A stretch of 64,000 nt of DNA. It comes from Eledone cirrhosa (taxonomy: Eukaryota). The notes beneath the pieces are model-generated. The model was not told the origin of the DNA and did no database searches. It saw nothing but the letters and a program-made list of their open reading frames with translations. The stretch is from the NCBI GenBank assembly GCA_964016885.1, contig OZ024747.1:92008001-92072000 (forward strand). The letters run 5' to 3'. Below, piece after piece: positions 1-14,740 of the stretch; the first letter of the stretch is position 1; every line of letters starts with the position of its first letter. The translations under genes were made by a program, and so were the position numbers.

Positions 1-345
1 ATGTTTTAGCTTGTTCCGCCCCAGGGATCAAGTCGTTGCCTCTTTCTTTCCCCTCAAGCTGTCCAAACAGCATCTTCTGGTTGTTGTCGAACATGCGGTT
101 CTGTTTATACTGACTGACTCTGTTCTCGTATCGCCTGATTTTGGCACTCTTTGCTACAATGCGTTGCTTCAATTCCTCTATGATAATATTTAGCTTTTTA
201 CTCCTAGTTTTGTATTTTATTTCCAGTCTATTTTTAGTGCCTATGTTTTTTAGTGTCCCATTCAGTAGTGACTCAAGCTTTCCTATGTCATTTCTCATTT
301 CCCCGATTTGCCCACTCAGTCGCTTCCTCCACCACGGCTCTGCTC
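1..345 (-). mobile_element. R4/Dong-clade non-LTR retrotransposon ORF fragment (pre-RT region), open to the window edge
   Basis: Manual minus-strand translation has no stops: EPWWRKRLSGQIGEMRNDIGKLESLL...IEELKQRIVAKSAKIRRYENRVSQYKQNRMFDNNQKMLF. This resembles the PWW..R / EELKQRI.AK..KI.RY..R..QY.QNR.F..NQK motifs of R4-clade ORFs. It is absent from the ORF track because it runs off the left edge. Confidence 0.75.
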
Positions 346-661
346 ATTTTGTTGAAAGATGGGTGAGAGAAGCAAGTATGGCCCGAATGAATGGGCCTTC
401 TCTGAGTATGTGTCTGTAAATTAAAGGTGGAAAACTGGGAGAGGGCACTTGCCCTGGTGGTCAGGGCCACTGTGGTCTTTTAATGGGCTTTCTCCACAAA
501 TGCCCTCGGAAGTCTCCCCCCTATTGGGGAATTTTTCTTTGTTATTTTATTTCAACCTCTGTTTTTTTTACACGCAGAAATGCCCATTTGTACCGTCCTG
601 CATTGTCCTGTACTGTCCTTAATGTCTACTTTATGTAAACCCTTGTGGTTAATAAAGAAAA

Positions 662-711
<50 letters not shown>
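340..711 (+). mobile_element. LINE 3' end (L1/Tx1-like ORF2 C-terminus, 3' UTR, AATAAA, (TAT)n tail)
   Basis: HFVERWVREASMARMNG...* end, AATAAA near 651 and an (ATT)n run at 663-711. A related 3' UTR segment ending ctattggggaattt recurs inverted at ~51960-52060. Confidence 0.45.
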
Positions 712-712
<1 letters not shown>

Positions 713-1807
713 GAATATAACCGAAATTTGTGACGGGAACCAACCTCTGAGCTCTTGTCATTTTTACAGTTTGTTTTAAACTGGTTTTATGCTTTCATAT
801 ATATATATATAAGATTTATTTAATTACTCAAATAATTGTATAAAACTCTAATTATAGCTGAAGCCAATATTTTGTTACATTATTACCGACTACAGTGGAT
901 TTCTGATAATTAAGATTAATTTTAGTTTCTGAGTGGAATTGAGCTTAAATGTGTCTGGTTTGAATCGCTATTCTTACATACTTGTGAACCCCCACACGTT
1001 TGTTATGTTGTCAGTTAAGTAACGGTTATATTGTTAAAAGCACTTCCGGTTGTCAGGGAGGAAGTCACAGCTGATTACTAAAAGGAAGTGTTTACAATCA
1101 CATGAAATTTCATCTGATCAGAGGAGTGTCTAGGTATATTGCACTCTTCTGTCTCCATCAATGCACCAGTTTAACTATACTTGACAGCATGACATCCATT
1201 AATTAGGCGTGTTTATGCAGACATTTCTTCCTTTTGAACCATATAAAAATACTACTACACATTAAAGGCTAGACATCATTTTTTTTTATATTAAAATTAT
1301 GAAAAAAATTAATAAAAACATTTTCTTTTTTAATTTTACAGAGAACTTTTTCTGTCTTTCTTCAGGTTCGTTCACTTCATTAAAGGCAATGGTAATATTC
1401 TAATATAGAAGCCGTTTCATTTAATCTAACGAAAACAAACATGGTGGCTAGATAACCTACTACTTTGAAGACAGGAAATATGAGAGCTGCGGTTTAGTCA
1501 ATAATTTCAGAAGGAACTAGAGTCATTATTTGCCTTTAGAAACACACTGTCATAGAGTAAACTATGTCTAGATTCATTTCGAGATCAATTCTTTCAGATT
1601 ATTTATCATGGAAAAAAATTCATAATAAACTGTATTGAAATGCTATGACATTTAAAAGGACAAAACTGGAGTTTTAAGTAAATCCTATTTTAACACACAC
1701 ATAAGATTTAATGCGTCAAGGAATGTATTTGAATCGGAAAAGAGATACATTTAATAAGTTGGATTAACTTTTCAGCGTTATCGTTTATTTATTATTATAA
1801 TGTTGTA

Positions 1808-2003
1808 AGGGCGTTAGATTGGCAGTATCGGTAGAGGGTCGGGCGTATACTATCTAGCTTAGAATTACGGCCCTTTATGATCTGAGTTCAAATCCCGTCG
1901 AGGTTAACTTTGCCTTTCATCCTTACAGGGTCGATAAAATAAAGTACCAGTAATACACTGGGATAATTGCTGGCCTTGTGCCAAAAGTAGAAAGAATTAT
2001 TAT
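1808..2003 (+). mobile_element. tRNA-derived SINE (octopus-type family, most abundant repeat in the window)
   Basis: Pol III A box TGGCAGTATCGG (1820-1831), B box GTTCAAATC (1886-1894), body ...ttgcctttcatccttac...aaagtaccagta..., short (ATT) tail; more than 20 related copies in the window. Confidence 0.85.
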
Positions 2004-3031
2004 AATGCTCTTTATACATTGAGTTAATTCTTAACTAAAATTATAAACAACATTATTCAGTGAAAAAAAAAATACTCAGTTCCATTAATGCATTTCTAAT
2101 GAAATTTTTCTAAATATTTATTAAATTTAAATAACTATTGACTCAATCATGACTGAGCAGTTGCACATTCTAGTGCTGAATTCTGACGAAAACTTTAACA
2201 TATTGCATTAATGGTTACATCATATTCGGAATTAAGGGTTTCGAATAAATTCACAAACATTTGTATTCAAATCAAAGCTTTATAGACGAGATTGTAAAAC
2301 ACTCATCAACATTATCCTTCTATTTTAAACTATAACTAACTTCAATGACAATATAAGGAATTGAATTAATATAATTAGAAGCTGTTTTACAGTCGATTAT
2401 TTCAGCGAGTTTTGAATTGTTTTACTATTCAATCCTTACCTAATGTGATTATATAACTGAATACAATACCCAGACCTATCCAACTTTTTAGTAAACTTTC
2501 ATTGCATACATAGGTTTATATTGTGAACTTTTGAATGAGTAATTAATTATGATATAAATAGAAATTAATTAATTAATTAATTAGGCGAATAATACGTATT
2601 TATAAGATAATTTTCATAACTTTTGAAATGAGATTACCTAAGTTTTGAAAATAAATTATATATTAAAAACTAGGAAAATATATGGTATTATAATGAGAAT
2701 GCATAATGTACTTACTGAATGCATCTACGATATAGAATTGGAGGATTAAATTTGAAACATTGCACACGATATGTGTATTACTGTAAAGGTAATTACATGT
2801 GTGCATAACAATACACAATAACAGAAACACACACACATACACATGCACGCACGCACACACACACATATATATATATATATCCAGATATATGAATGCATAT
2901 ATGTATATTAACAGTAGCAAGTTGTATACGCATTCTATTATGTATGTGTATATATGTATATATATATATATATAAATATTGAAGTTTCCGTTGAAAATTG
3001 AAAAAGTCATAGGAGTGAAGAGTGCTCTCTG

Positions 3032-4020
3032 ATAACAAAAAGGGAGCTAAACTCCTGCAAAAAGTTCAAAGCTATTAACAGTTTAGCAGTACCAGTGGTA
3101 ACATACTGCTTTAACATCATAAACTGGAACCTGCAACAACTATAAAGGATTAGCAGTAACACCAGAAAACTATCGACAACGGAAAAAAGTTTCCACCCTA
3201 AAGCCGATGTATATAGGCTATATGTCTCAAGGAGAGAAGGTAAATGGGAGCTCAACAACAGGAAGGTGTGTACAAAACAACGACGATTGGATTAGATAGC
3301 GACCTCCACCACACCCGAGATGAACTTCTTAAGCTGGTACTCAAGCATGAACGAATTAAGAAACTACACTCAACAACAAAAGTGGAAAGCAAATTTAGGC
3401 AAAAACTGGACATGGAAAAGTTACAAAAGATCAACTGCTGATTGATAAAACAATCCTTGAAGATTGTAAAACACAGCGCAAGAACTTAGCCATGACCTGG
3501 GTGGACTATAAGCCTACGACATCGTCCTGTTCAGTTGTGTATTAGAGTGACTGAAATTTACTCAAGTGACAGGCAATTTAATTAGGTTTATGGACAGATT
3601 GATGACCGGCTGAAAAACTGAATTAATTTCCTGTGGGGAACACTTAGACTCTGTTAATATATGAAGGGATATATTTCAAGGAGACAGTTTACCACCACAC
3701 TTATTAGTCATTTCCATGCTATTAGTCATTTCCACACTTATTAGTCATTTCCATATGTGCTAGACAGTTTTAAGATCTACCATCTGTTATTCGTGGATGA
3801 TTTAAAGATATTTGCGAAAACAGCAGAAATGTGACATCTTAACATTTAGTATAAAGCTGGTTTGTCGGGATATTGGGATGGAGTTTGGAACAAAAATAAG
3901 CGTGGTGTTGTAACACTGAAACGTGGAAAACTAACAAAGAATAGAGGGATTGAATTGGCATTAAAGTATAGTATTAAAGAAGTAGGCGGGGAATGTTTCA
4001 AGTATTTGGGAGACTCTGGC
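3032..4020 (+). pseudogene. Decayed R4/Dong-clade LINE reverse transcriptase fragments
   Basis: Frameshifted motifs: [87 protein letters not shown] (YxDD-type motif). Confidence 0.8.
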
Positions 4021-4176
4021 AATTCAACCCCCTCATCTCGCAAAACGTATTGACAGTACAAACTAACTGAGAAACAGATTTTGTGTCTTTTGTGAATAGG
4101 TAAACTGATTCTTTTATGGTTTAGCTGCTGTTTCAACTTGCCAAACAAATAGGACTCCAAAACTTTTATATATATA

Positions 4177-5498
<1,322 letters not shown>

Positions 5499-5678
5499 GG
5501 GAGCCCCTACATGGACACACTGGAAGAGGAAGACCAAGGTTAACATATGTTGATGCCCTAAGGACAGACACTGGTCTCTTGGAGACGCAGGACACGGCAG
5601 CGATAATGAGGGACAGAGACCGCTGGAGAGAACTCGTCCATGGATCTCGGGAATTTTACCCGCCTTAGATAGATAGAT

Positions 5679-5680
<2 letters not shown>
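5499..5680 (+). mobile_element. RTE/RTEX-like LINE 3' end with (TAGA)n tail
   Basis: [25 protein letters not shown]...[13 protein letters not shown]...* followed by tagatagatagatag. Confidence 0.7.
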
Positions 5681-5734
<54 letters not shown>

Positions 5735-6625
5735 GTGTGTGTGTGTGTGTGTGCGCGCGCGCGCTTGAGTATGTACATTAATTATTAATTATTGTTTTTG
5801 TTGTGTTACCTGCAGCAGTATATATATATATATGGTTTCATGCATATTATATCTGAAAGTATATTGTTATCAAGGTCTATAACACCTATTATCAATTTTC
5901 TATATACTGTCATCATATATTTCAACAATTAAATCATAAATTTCAATATATTAAAAGTTCTCTCAATCCTTTTTTACCTTAGAGTAATTTCCGATTGACT
6001 GTATTTCTGTATGTCATTAATATTAAACTGCTTCACCTTTGAAATTTGTGATGTTGTTTTTATTGACAGTCTTTGTGTTCAGTGAAACTTTAGTTGTTTA
6101 ATCTATAGTTGAAATTAATTTAACTTTCGAGTGGCATTGAGTTATTTGTGTTTAAGCTTGTCAACACATTTCTTTGTTTTCAATATAAATGTTGTTTATT
6201 GTTCAAATATAGAAACACATGTGTACAAAGTACCTGAAAGTCATATGGACAATATCTTCGCTGTTTATAGTTAATTAAGTTGATTCTATGCATTGTAATA
6301 CACTACTGTGTGCTAATTCCGAAAGCGATAAATATGCGAGAAATGAAAATCAAACTTTCATTATTCTGAAATTTAATTTATTTCCCTTGTACTCAAAATG
6401 AAACAATGCATTTTAAATATTTGAAACTTGCACGAAGAAAATATTTTCATACTAAATTTGTATTAAGTTTTATGGAAATGATTTGGTTTGTTAAATTGAT
6501 ATATCTCATCAAATGTTGGCAAAGGTGGCAGTACGGACTTCAAAATTACGATTAATGTTATTTCACAAATATCCTCTGAAATTCGCTTGAATGCAAATAT
6601 GTGCGGGAGTAAAATATATATATAT

Positions 6626-6697
6626 AGGAAAAGAGTCAGGTCCCCGACGGCTGAGCTCCGGCCGTTTGGACAGCTAGCTTCTTACCACACTTTCTTT

Positions 6698-6700
<3 letters not shown>
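6626..6700. mobile_element. PLE-like terminal stub, 'ccccgacggc' family, in (TA)n
   Basis: Shares gtccccgacggctgagctccggccgttt and cttaccacactt with the copies at 27088, 52266 and 57355; flanked by (TA)n. Confidence 0.55.
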
Positions 6701-6737
<37 letters not shown>

Positions 6738-6856
6738 GTGCTTGACGGCTGAGAAAAAGGAGTACTCAATACCGAAGAGTTTTAATATTCATTTATATTA
6801 AGACTAAAAGGTGAGCGTTGTAACAAGACTCACATTTTAGCCTTAATAAAAAACGT

Positions 6857-6904
<48 letters not shown>

Positions 6905-7919
6905 TAGATCTAAAATACAAACAGTCAGTGCATCGAACGTTAATGGATAAAATCAAGTATACTTTTCACATTTTATCTATTCGATTCGATGATGCCACCA
7001 TCGTAAAACAAATCCTCCACAGTGTTGTATTTAGTGCTGCATCTTACCGAATGAATGTTTCACATTATTCAGAATTCTGTACCTCACGTTTCAGCTTTCT
7101 AAGAAATAAGTTGCACTGACGCTTAAATGTTGAGCCATGTCTCCCTGTCAGAAATATACAACTAACATTTCATTCTGATGTTCTCAATATTATACAGATA
7201 TTATTCATTATTCATTAGCATCCTATCCCCAAAGTATTACTACAGTATTTATATATGTTATAAAACCATAGTGTTGATTCTATTGTCTTACCTGTAGAGT
7301 ACATGTAGTATTAATAATACATTTAAAGTAGTGAGAAGTAAATTGACAGCATAAAATTATGTGGCGACGAGAAAATAAATTTATCAAGTACTATTCGATC
7401 AATATTATTTCGGTATGTGTGATAGCTCTGAATATGCTTCGGTGGTATGACATCATCAGTGAAGCAACGATTTCTCTGTATGTACTCTGTATGTACCAAA
7501 GTGGTGATAGAAGTATCACTAAGTAAATGTTCAAGGTTCTATAATGAATACCATTGAAAAATATAAATTGTTTCGAGAAGCCGCCAACAGGAAACACAAT
7601 GGTTAAGTTAGTGTTAACGCATATAATGCAGCCAGGATCAAAATGCTAGCTAAAGATAAAGGTAGCCAGTTGAATGAAAACGTGCTGTTAGTTTAGAAGG
7701 CGATCGCAAAACGTATTCAATACACTTTGGTCTCAGTATACTAACATATTTTGTGTCGCTCTTCTAAAGAATAAGGTCTGCTTTTTTCTACGTCATCTAA
7801 TGGAAATAGTGAGTAGCTTATTATAATATAATGTACAGTTGAATAAACAAAATTAGAATTTCATTTTTCGTTCTGGCACAGAGGATACGTAAATGCATTC
7901 GTGAGTTAGATATCGAATA

Positions 7920-8893
7920 ATAATTGTTTCTACTATTGGCACAAGGCCAGCAATTATCTCAGTGTATTACTGGTACTTTATTTTATCGACCCCCATAAGA
8001 ATAGAAAGCAAAGTTAACCTCGGCGGGATTTGAACTCAGACCATAAAGGGCCATAACTCTTTGCAGCAATCCACATAATAATGTTTTCTTATATAGGCAC
8101 AAGGCTAGCAATTTGAAGGAGGGGAAAGTCAATTAAATCGACCCCAGTACGTGACTGCTACTTTATTTTATCGACCTCGTAAGGATGAAAGGCAAAGATA
8201 ACCTCGGCGGGATTTGAACTCAGATCATAAAGGGCCGTGACTCTATGCTACAAAGCATTGTGTCCGACCCTCTACCGATACTGGCAATCCACCGATACTA
8301 GCAATCCCCATTATAACATTCGATTCGTTTGTAAACAAACAGCCTCAATACGCTATGTTTTATAGATGGCCACGGTCATCCTTTTGTTCAAAAGGATGGT
8401 GATGACCATCTAGAGAACATAGCATATTGAGACTGCTTGTTTACAAACGAATCAAATATTATTATTGGGGTCGATAAAATAAGGTACCAGTAATGTACTG
8501 GGTAATTGCTGGCCTTGTGCCAAATGTAGAAACAATTATTATTCCCGCCGATGGTGTGGCAGTATCGGTAGAGGTTCGGACGCCATGCTTTGCAACATAG
8601 AGTTACGGCCCTTTATGGTCTGAATTCAAATCCCGTCGAGGTTAGTTTTGCCTTTCATCATTACAAGTACCAGTAACGCACTGGTTTTATTTAATCGACT
8701 TTCCTCCCCCTCCAAATTTTAGAGGGTCGTACGCCATGCATTGCTGCATGGAGTTACGGTCCTTTACGATCTAAGTTCAAATCACGTCGACGTTAACTTT
8801 GCCTTTCATCCTTACGGGGGTCAATAAAATAAAGTACCAATAATGCACTAGGATAATTGCTGGCCTTGTGCCAAAAGTAGAAACAATTATTAT
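7920..8893. mobile_element. Cluster of ~5 SINE copies (two minus, three plus) around a hairpin MITE
   Basis: SINE A/B-box bodies at ~7920-8070(-), 8076-8295(-), 8465-8542(+, partial), 8550-8720(+) and 8722-8893(+). Confidence 0.8.
8311..8463. mobile_element. ~150-bp fold-back MITE-like element
   Basis: gattcgtttgtaaacaa.cag.ctcaata.gctatgtt..tagatgg..catccttttg pairs with caaaaggatg..ccatctag..aacatagc.tattgag.ctg.ttgtttacaaacgaatc. Confidence 0.65.
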
Positions 8894-9488
8894 TCGATAT
8901 AAAACTCACAAATGGGTTTTGAAATATCCGATCTAAACAAATATGTGCTCCTTCATTTAGCTTTCTCATATTTATTTTCAATCTAAACACTAGCACTAAA
9001 CGTGGGAGGTATATTTTGATAAATACTCTGTTTTCTTTTCTCTCTATAACAGAAGATATAATTAATTATGACTGAATGTTATATTGTTTTCCCAGAATAT
9101 CATCTCATTGCTTTACATAAATTGATCTTCATTACATTATCAAGGCTTCATATTTTCAATCCCACCTCTCAACACACTTCTCTCACAAAATCTATTGACT
9201 GATTGAAGAAAAAAGTGTACATGGTATTTATTATTTGCAGGTTACTTAAAATCAGAAAAATCGATGATTGGTTTTATGCTTTCTGGTATAAATTGCAGAG
9301 AATTCATTGCTGCTATTACTTTTTCAGTTTTGGCATTTAGCTCCTGCATTAAATTCCTAATCTAATTCGTTTATGACATTATTTCCTGAAGATATCTTTC
9401 ATTTGTTTGTTGTAATTTACCAAGTGCTTTAATTCCTAAGTATTTATAGGTTTATGGTTGTTCTATATATTGCCGTTGTTTTGAATAT

Positions 9489-9555
<67 letters not shown>

Positions 9556-9557
9556 TG

Positions 9558-9604
<47 letters not shown>

Positions 9605-9633
9605 GGTGGTGGTGGTAGCAGCAGTAGTAGTAA

Positions 9634-9707
<74 letters not shown>

Positions 9708-9758
9708 ATAGTAGTAGTAGTGGTGGTGGTGGTAGCAGCAGCAGTAGTAGTAGTAGTA

Positions 9759-9833
<75 letters not shown>

Positions 9834-10043
9834 ATAGTAATAGTAGCAGCAGTTGTAGTAAGAGTAGTAGTGGTGATAGCAGCAGTAGTAGCAGCAGCAG
9901 CAGTAGTAGTAAGAGTATTAGTGGCAGTAGTAGTAACAACAGTCGTAGTAGTAATAGTAGTAGCATCAACACTAGTAGTAGAAGTTGTAGTAGTAATAGT
10001 AGTAGCAACAGGATTAGTAGTAGTAGTAGTAGTAGTAGTAGTA
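9489..10043. repeat. (AGT)n trinucleotide microsatellite with variant units
   Basis: Seen directly; explains the poly-T/V/L ORFs. Confidence 0.95.
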
Positions 10044-10662
10044 ACAGGCTGCATTAGATGTACCAGCAGCACCAGCCACACCAATAGCAGCAGCTTGTAT
10101 GTTGTTGCTTAAAGAATAAATTATTTTATTGAGGTATGGCATCAAATAGTTTGAGAGACTTCACATTTGCAATATTTTAGTTAACATGTATCATACATTA
10201 ATACTTATTTTATCATTTTTATTTATATGAGTATTATTAATTGTATTATTAACATCATGTCTGGAGAAGATTCTGTTGGTGTTGCTATTTCTGTTGTTGT
10301 TGTTGTTGTACTACTTGATACCGGCATTAATTAGTTAAGTGCAACGACTCCAGATTACTGCAGGATTTTCTTTTTTTTTTCTTTTTTTTTTTTTTTCTGC
10401 ATTGAAATATTCAATTTACGAATATTAATTTCCCTGTAATTAGGGAAAATTGAAACTTTACTATATAAATAACAACGGCGACAACAATAACAGAATACGT
10501 CGGTAACAACAAAAACAACTATACAGAGCAAAGGTCAAAACAATGGTTTTCAATGCTTTAAAAGCAACGGTAGTAATAATAGCATCTATAACAAAATCAA
10601 ACACCATTGTTAACAAAACAGCAACTAATACACTGCTAACTACAATATAGTCAAAATCTACA

Positions 10663-11010
10663 AAACCCCTCGTATGGGATGTCACTTGCAGCGACACTTT
10701 CTCCAGCCGCAACCTGGTGCAGTCTGCGACTAACCCAGGATCTGCTACACGTCGGCCTGAGGAGGCCAAACCCTCCAAATACCGGTCGCTCTCCGACAGG
10801 TTTGCGGTCGTACACTTGGCAGTGGAGACTTCTGTTGTCCTCGGCCCTAGGGCTACCTCACTGCTCACCACCATAGGCGCTGAGCTGGCTAGCCGCTGGT
10901 GTGAGCCCCGCGAATTGGAATGGCTCTTCCAGGGCGTCTCCTTTGCCATCCTCCGGGGAAACGCCTTCTCCATTCTGTCCGCCGGGGCTGTGGGGAGGCC
11001 ATCAATATGA
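10663..11010 (+). mobile_element. CRE-clade non-LTR retrotransposon 3' end (restriction-like endonuclease domain)
   Basis: In frame: KPLVWDVTCSDTFS...EEAKPSKYRSLSDRF...LAVETSVVLGP...EPRELEWLFQGVSFAILRGNAFSILSAG*. WDVT, K..KY, AVET and RGNA are typical of the CRE RLE C-terminus. Confidence 0.75.
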
Positions 11011-11564
11011 TTACTTAACCCGTTCTGTACCTTATAGTACTAACAAGAACCTACACACACACAAGTAGCGGTCGTTTACTCGTTACATATATCCTTAGCT
11101 ACAACAACAACAGCAGCAATAGAACCTCTACGTCAACAGCACCAGTAATTGCGGGAAACACAATTATGTTGATAGTATTATCAAATAGCAGCGAAATATT
11201 CGTATCACACCTTATAAATATGCACACGTGAGCTTGCTAAAAACCAATTAATAGTCAGTAACGTTTAATTATTGCTGAAATTGGATATGAAAGGTTAAAG
11301 ACTTACACCTAGATGTAATCGTCTAACCTTGCCGAAAGGGCTAGATTAAATAACGGAGTGACCAAACAGCAATCCCTTAAACTGCTCAAATAATATATCA
11401 AGTTGATACATGTTTAGCAAAAAACGAAGATATGTATATGATTTCTTCTTACTGTGTTACATTAATGAAACTAATAAACAGCATAGAGGCGAATTGAAAC
11501 TGTTCATCTCTACCTGAAATACATCCTGCAGATATATTGGATATTTCGCAAATTATTCTCAAAC

Positions 11565-12115
11565 GATCCCTCATCTGGGGCGCCACCTGCTGCGACATAT
11601 TCTCCGCCTCCAACTTAGTCGCTTAGGCCACAAACCCCTGCATCGCAGCCCACCTCGCAGAAAAACGTAAAATAAACAAATACCGGTTTTTTCTGGCAGA
11701 TTTCTCTTCGCACCGGTCGCCGTCGAAACCTCAGACGTACTTGGACTCCGTACTGCCGAGCTCCTCCGCAAGATTGGAGCGTCGGTGGCCTGTCTGTGGG
11801 GGCAGCCCTGCGAGGATGGGTGGCTGTTGCAGCGGGTATCACTGGCCATCCTCCGCGGGAATACTTTTGTTGTCTTGTCAGCAGGGCGCAACACTTCTGC
11901 CCTCATACCCTAAGCCCGAAGCCCAGTCCCTCTCCTCCTCTACCCCTCCCCTCTCTTCTGCGACACCAGATCTCTTTCAATCCCCTCCCCTTCTCGTTTT
12001 TTTCCTTCTTTCTTTCTCTCTTTTTTTTTCTATATTTCCCTATTCTTTCTTTCCTTTTGTTTCCCCCTTTTTTTTCTCTTTTTTTTTCTTACTAAATTTA
12101 TTTAAAAAATAAACA
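11565..12115 (+). mobile_element. Second, more diverged CRE-clade 3' fragment with pyrimidine-rich 3' UTR
   Basis: SLIWGATCCDIFSASNL...VAVETSDVLG...WLLQRVSLAILRGN with frameshifts; AATAAA near 12108. Confidence 0.65.
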
Positions 12116-14544
12116 TCTAAGTTTTAAAAAGACTTTGATAGACACCGAACTCAACTGAAATTAAATAATCTAAGTATAATGATTTATTTATTTGACATGA
12201 AGCCTAAGAATGTCCATACATGATCTATCACGGATTTCGGTTAGTTGAGTGAACTGAAGTAAATATATTTAAATGTCACAACTAGAAGCTCAACAATACA
12301 TGTGAGTTGACGAAGCAGTTGTTTAGATTTTCCATCACATAACCTAATGAATGTACCAAAACGTAATCGGTGCTTATTTTCAACAGTTTCTACCTAGGTT
12401 TTTGCGGTGGTTATAAAGAAAATTAGATTGCAAAGTAAAGAGAATATGACCGATAAACATTTATTCTCTTTTCTTATAATAAGATAACCTTTCAACGATT
12501 AGTCATTTATAAATAAAACATACATGAAACATTTATCTTGAAAATATGACGAGAAGTACAAGACAATGTGAAATGATTGATGTTAGTCTGATTAGAGAGA
12601 ATTTGATAGATTTATCCTGTATCGATATGTGTATAAAGACATAGCTAGCACTCGGATTATTTGATATGTGTTTCCTGTTTCATTCATCTTAATTCATCGA
12701 CCGATAATAGACAATGTTATACTAAAATTGCTTTACTAGTTTCGATGACACGTCATTGGTATAAGAAACGTGTAATGATAGAATGAAATTAACTTTTGTC
12801 TAGAAAATAGTGGAGGAAACGTAATACCTCTTGATGCATCTTTTTACTGAAGCTGCCACACTTCAACGAAAACATAGCTATCCGCAGAGTCATCCACAGG
12901 GTTATCACAATGGCCATCCATAGAAATGGTTTGCATATATAGTTAGGCTCACTTGCCCCTCATTACTCATGGCTTAATCTGTCACACGTTTTATCATCAT
13001 TCGACTTGCTTAACATTAGTGGAGTTGATCCTATTGCGGACATTTAAACGAAGTCACCGATTTGAGAATAATATATCTTCATGAACTTCTTCCTACTGAA
13101 GCAATTCATAGGACATAGTTTCTCATTCCCTTTCGTATATTGGTCTCGGAATCTCTTCTAACCCCTACTACCGTTCCTCAGGTATTAATCTACACAACCG
13201 AAGTATGGGTTTTTAACAGAGAAAATTTATGAGCATTCTTTAAGATATCTATAGAATGATGGAATCCTATGTATTCCTAACGTTACAAGTAGCTTTATTT
13301 TTTCTGAGTAGAGAAAGGAAAACTAATTGCATTATGAATTGACAATTTTCAATATCTTTGTGAAAATTACAGTTTTTACTTCCCCGTATGTTTCTATTAT
13401 TTAGATTCGCAGACTTTGTTTGAAACATTTACACCATAGTTCATAATGACTAAAGATATCTTCTCATATTTGCATTTCAATATGGATTCTTTCAAACATA
13501 TCAGAAGCCTCACTATAAAAAAAAAAAAATTTTCGGTTAGACAAATAACAGTAAAGGCAATATCACATGTGTAGTTATAGATTCCCTTCATTTGCAATTA
13601 GATTTGACAATATTTTTGATAAAGAAGTTGATCTACTATTCTATAATCATGCATTTGAGTTCATTTACACATATTATAATTCCACTTAACACTTAGCCAT
13701 TAGTTAAACTTCTCTTCTTAGCCTTTAATTAAAGCTCTCTTCTCTGCTTTGGTAATCTTCACCGAGGAGATAAACAATTAACCAACTAATAATAGCAGGA
13801 ACTGAAATGTTCAAGGAAGTCTTCTCTGAAACCTGTTCATTTTTACAATTAGTTTTAAATTTTCACCATAACTATGCAGCTATTCTCCAATAACCTGCTC
13901 ACTGATTCATTTTACATTTGCTATAACTCCTATTCGAGAATAGACGCAAGAATGACATGCCTTTTTGTCGTTTACATACATATGCCATAGTCTATTATTA
14001 TTGATTTATTTCAAGTATCAAAGTTTCCTCCATCAAAAGTTGTTCTATACAACTACAACTTATTTTCTTTTCTCTTGCATTTTCTTCTGTAATCACATTG
14101 ACTTCAAAGAGATCTCGAAGAAATAAGTTTGGACAACTTGTGCAGAGTTTTTACATTAGATTCTGACATGCGATCGGCCGATATCCGTGCCTGTTCTTCA
14201 GCATTAGCTTTGTTAGTGTCAATGTCATTGATTTTGCTATAGCAATAACTACATCGCTATAGTACTCATACATATATGTTAATATCATGGTTTCGTTTGT
14301 AAGTTAACTTTGTAACATAGTTACTATCTTGTAATAGAGTCGACTGATCATAACTCAAATACGTGACTCACTAAAAAGTAGCGTTTATTCTATCAAAGAT
14401 GCATCCTTTCAGGATATTTGATTTTATTTCATTCAATCACATTTCAGACCTATCGAATTCCTTTTAATTCCTGATGTCTCATTTATATGTAGTCTGCGGT
14501 ACTACATACTCGATCAATCGTTATTTATCACCTTTATATATTAA

Positions 14545-14740
14545 CCCTTCGCATTTAAACTGGCCGTATCCGGCAAGAATTCTCTCACCTTTTTCTGTTC
14601 AAACTGGCTATCACTAGCCGCTCATACTGACATTAAGGTATTGTTTTCAAAATAAATAATATCAAAATCTCATAGATTCGATATCATATGAGATAATTAT
14701 GTAAGATAGTATATATAGAATAATGTAAATGCTGAAGTGT
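14545..14740. mobile_element. Possible piggyBac-type MITE remnant
   Basis: TTAA|CCCTTCGCATTT left end and a degenerate AATGCTGAAGTG right end. Confidence 0.35.

Noticed and set aside
9452-10112. Mucin-like poly-Thr or poly-Val/Leu ORFs
   Set aside because: Translations of an (AGT)n microsatellite that are open in several frames.
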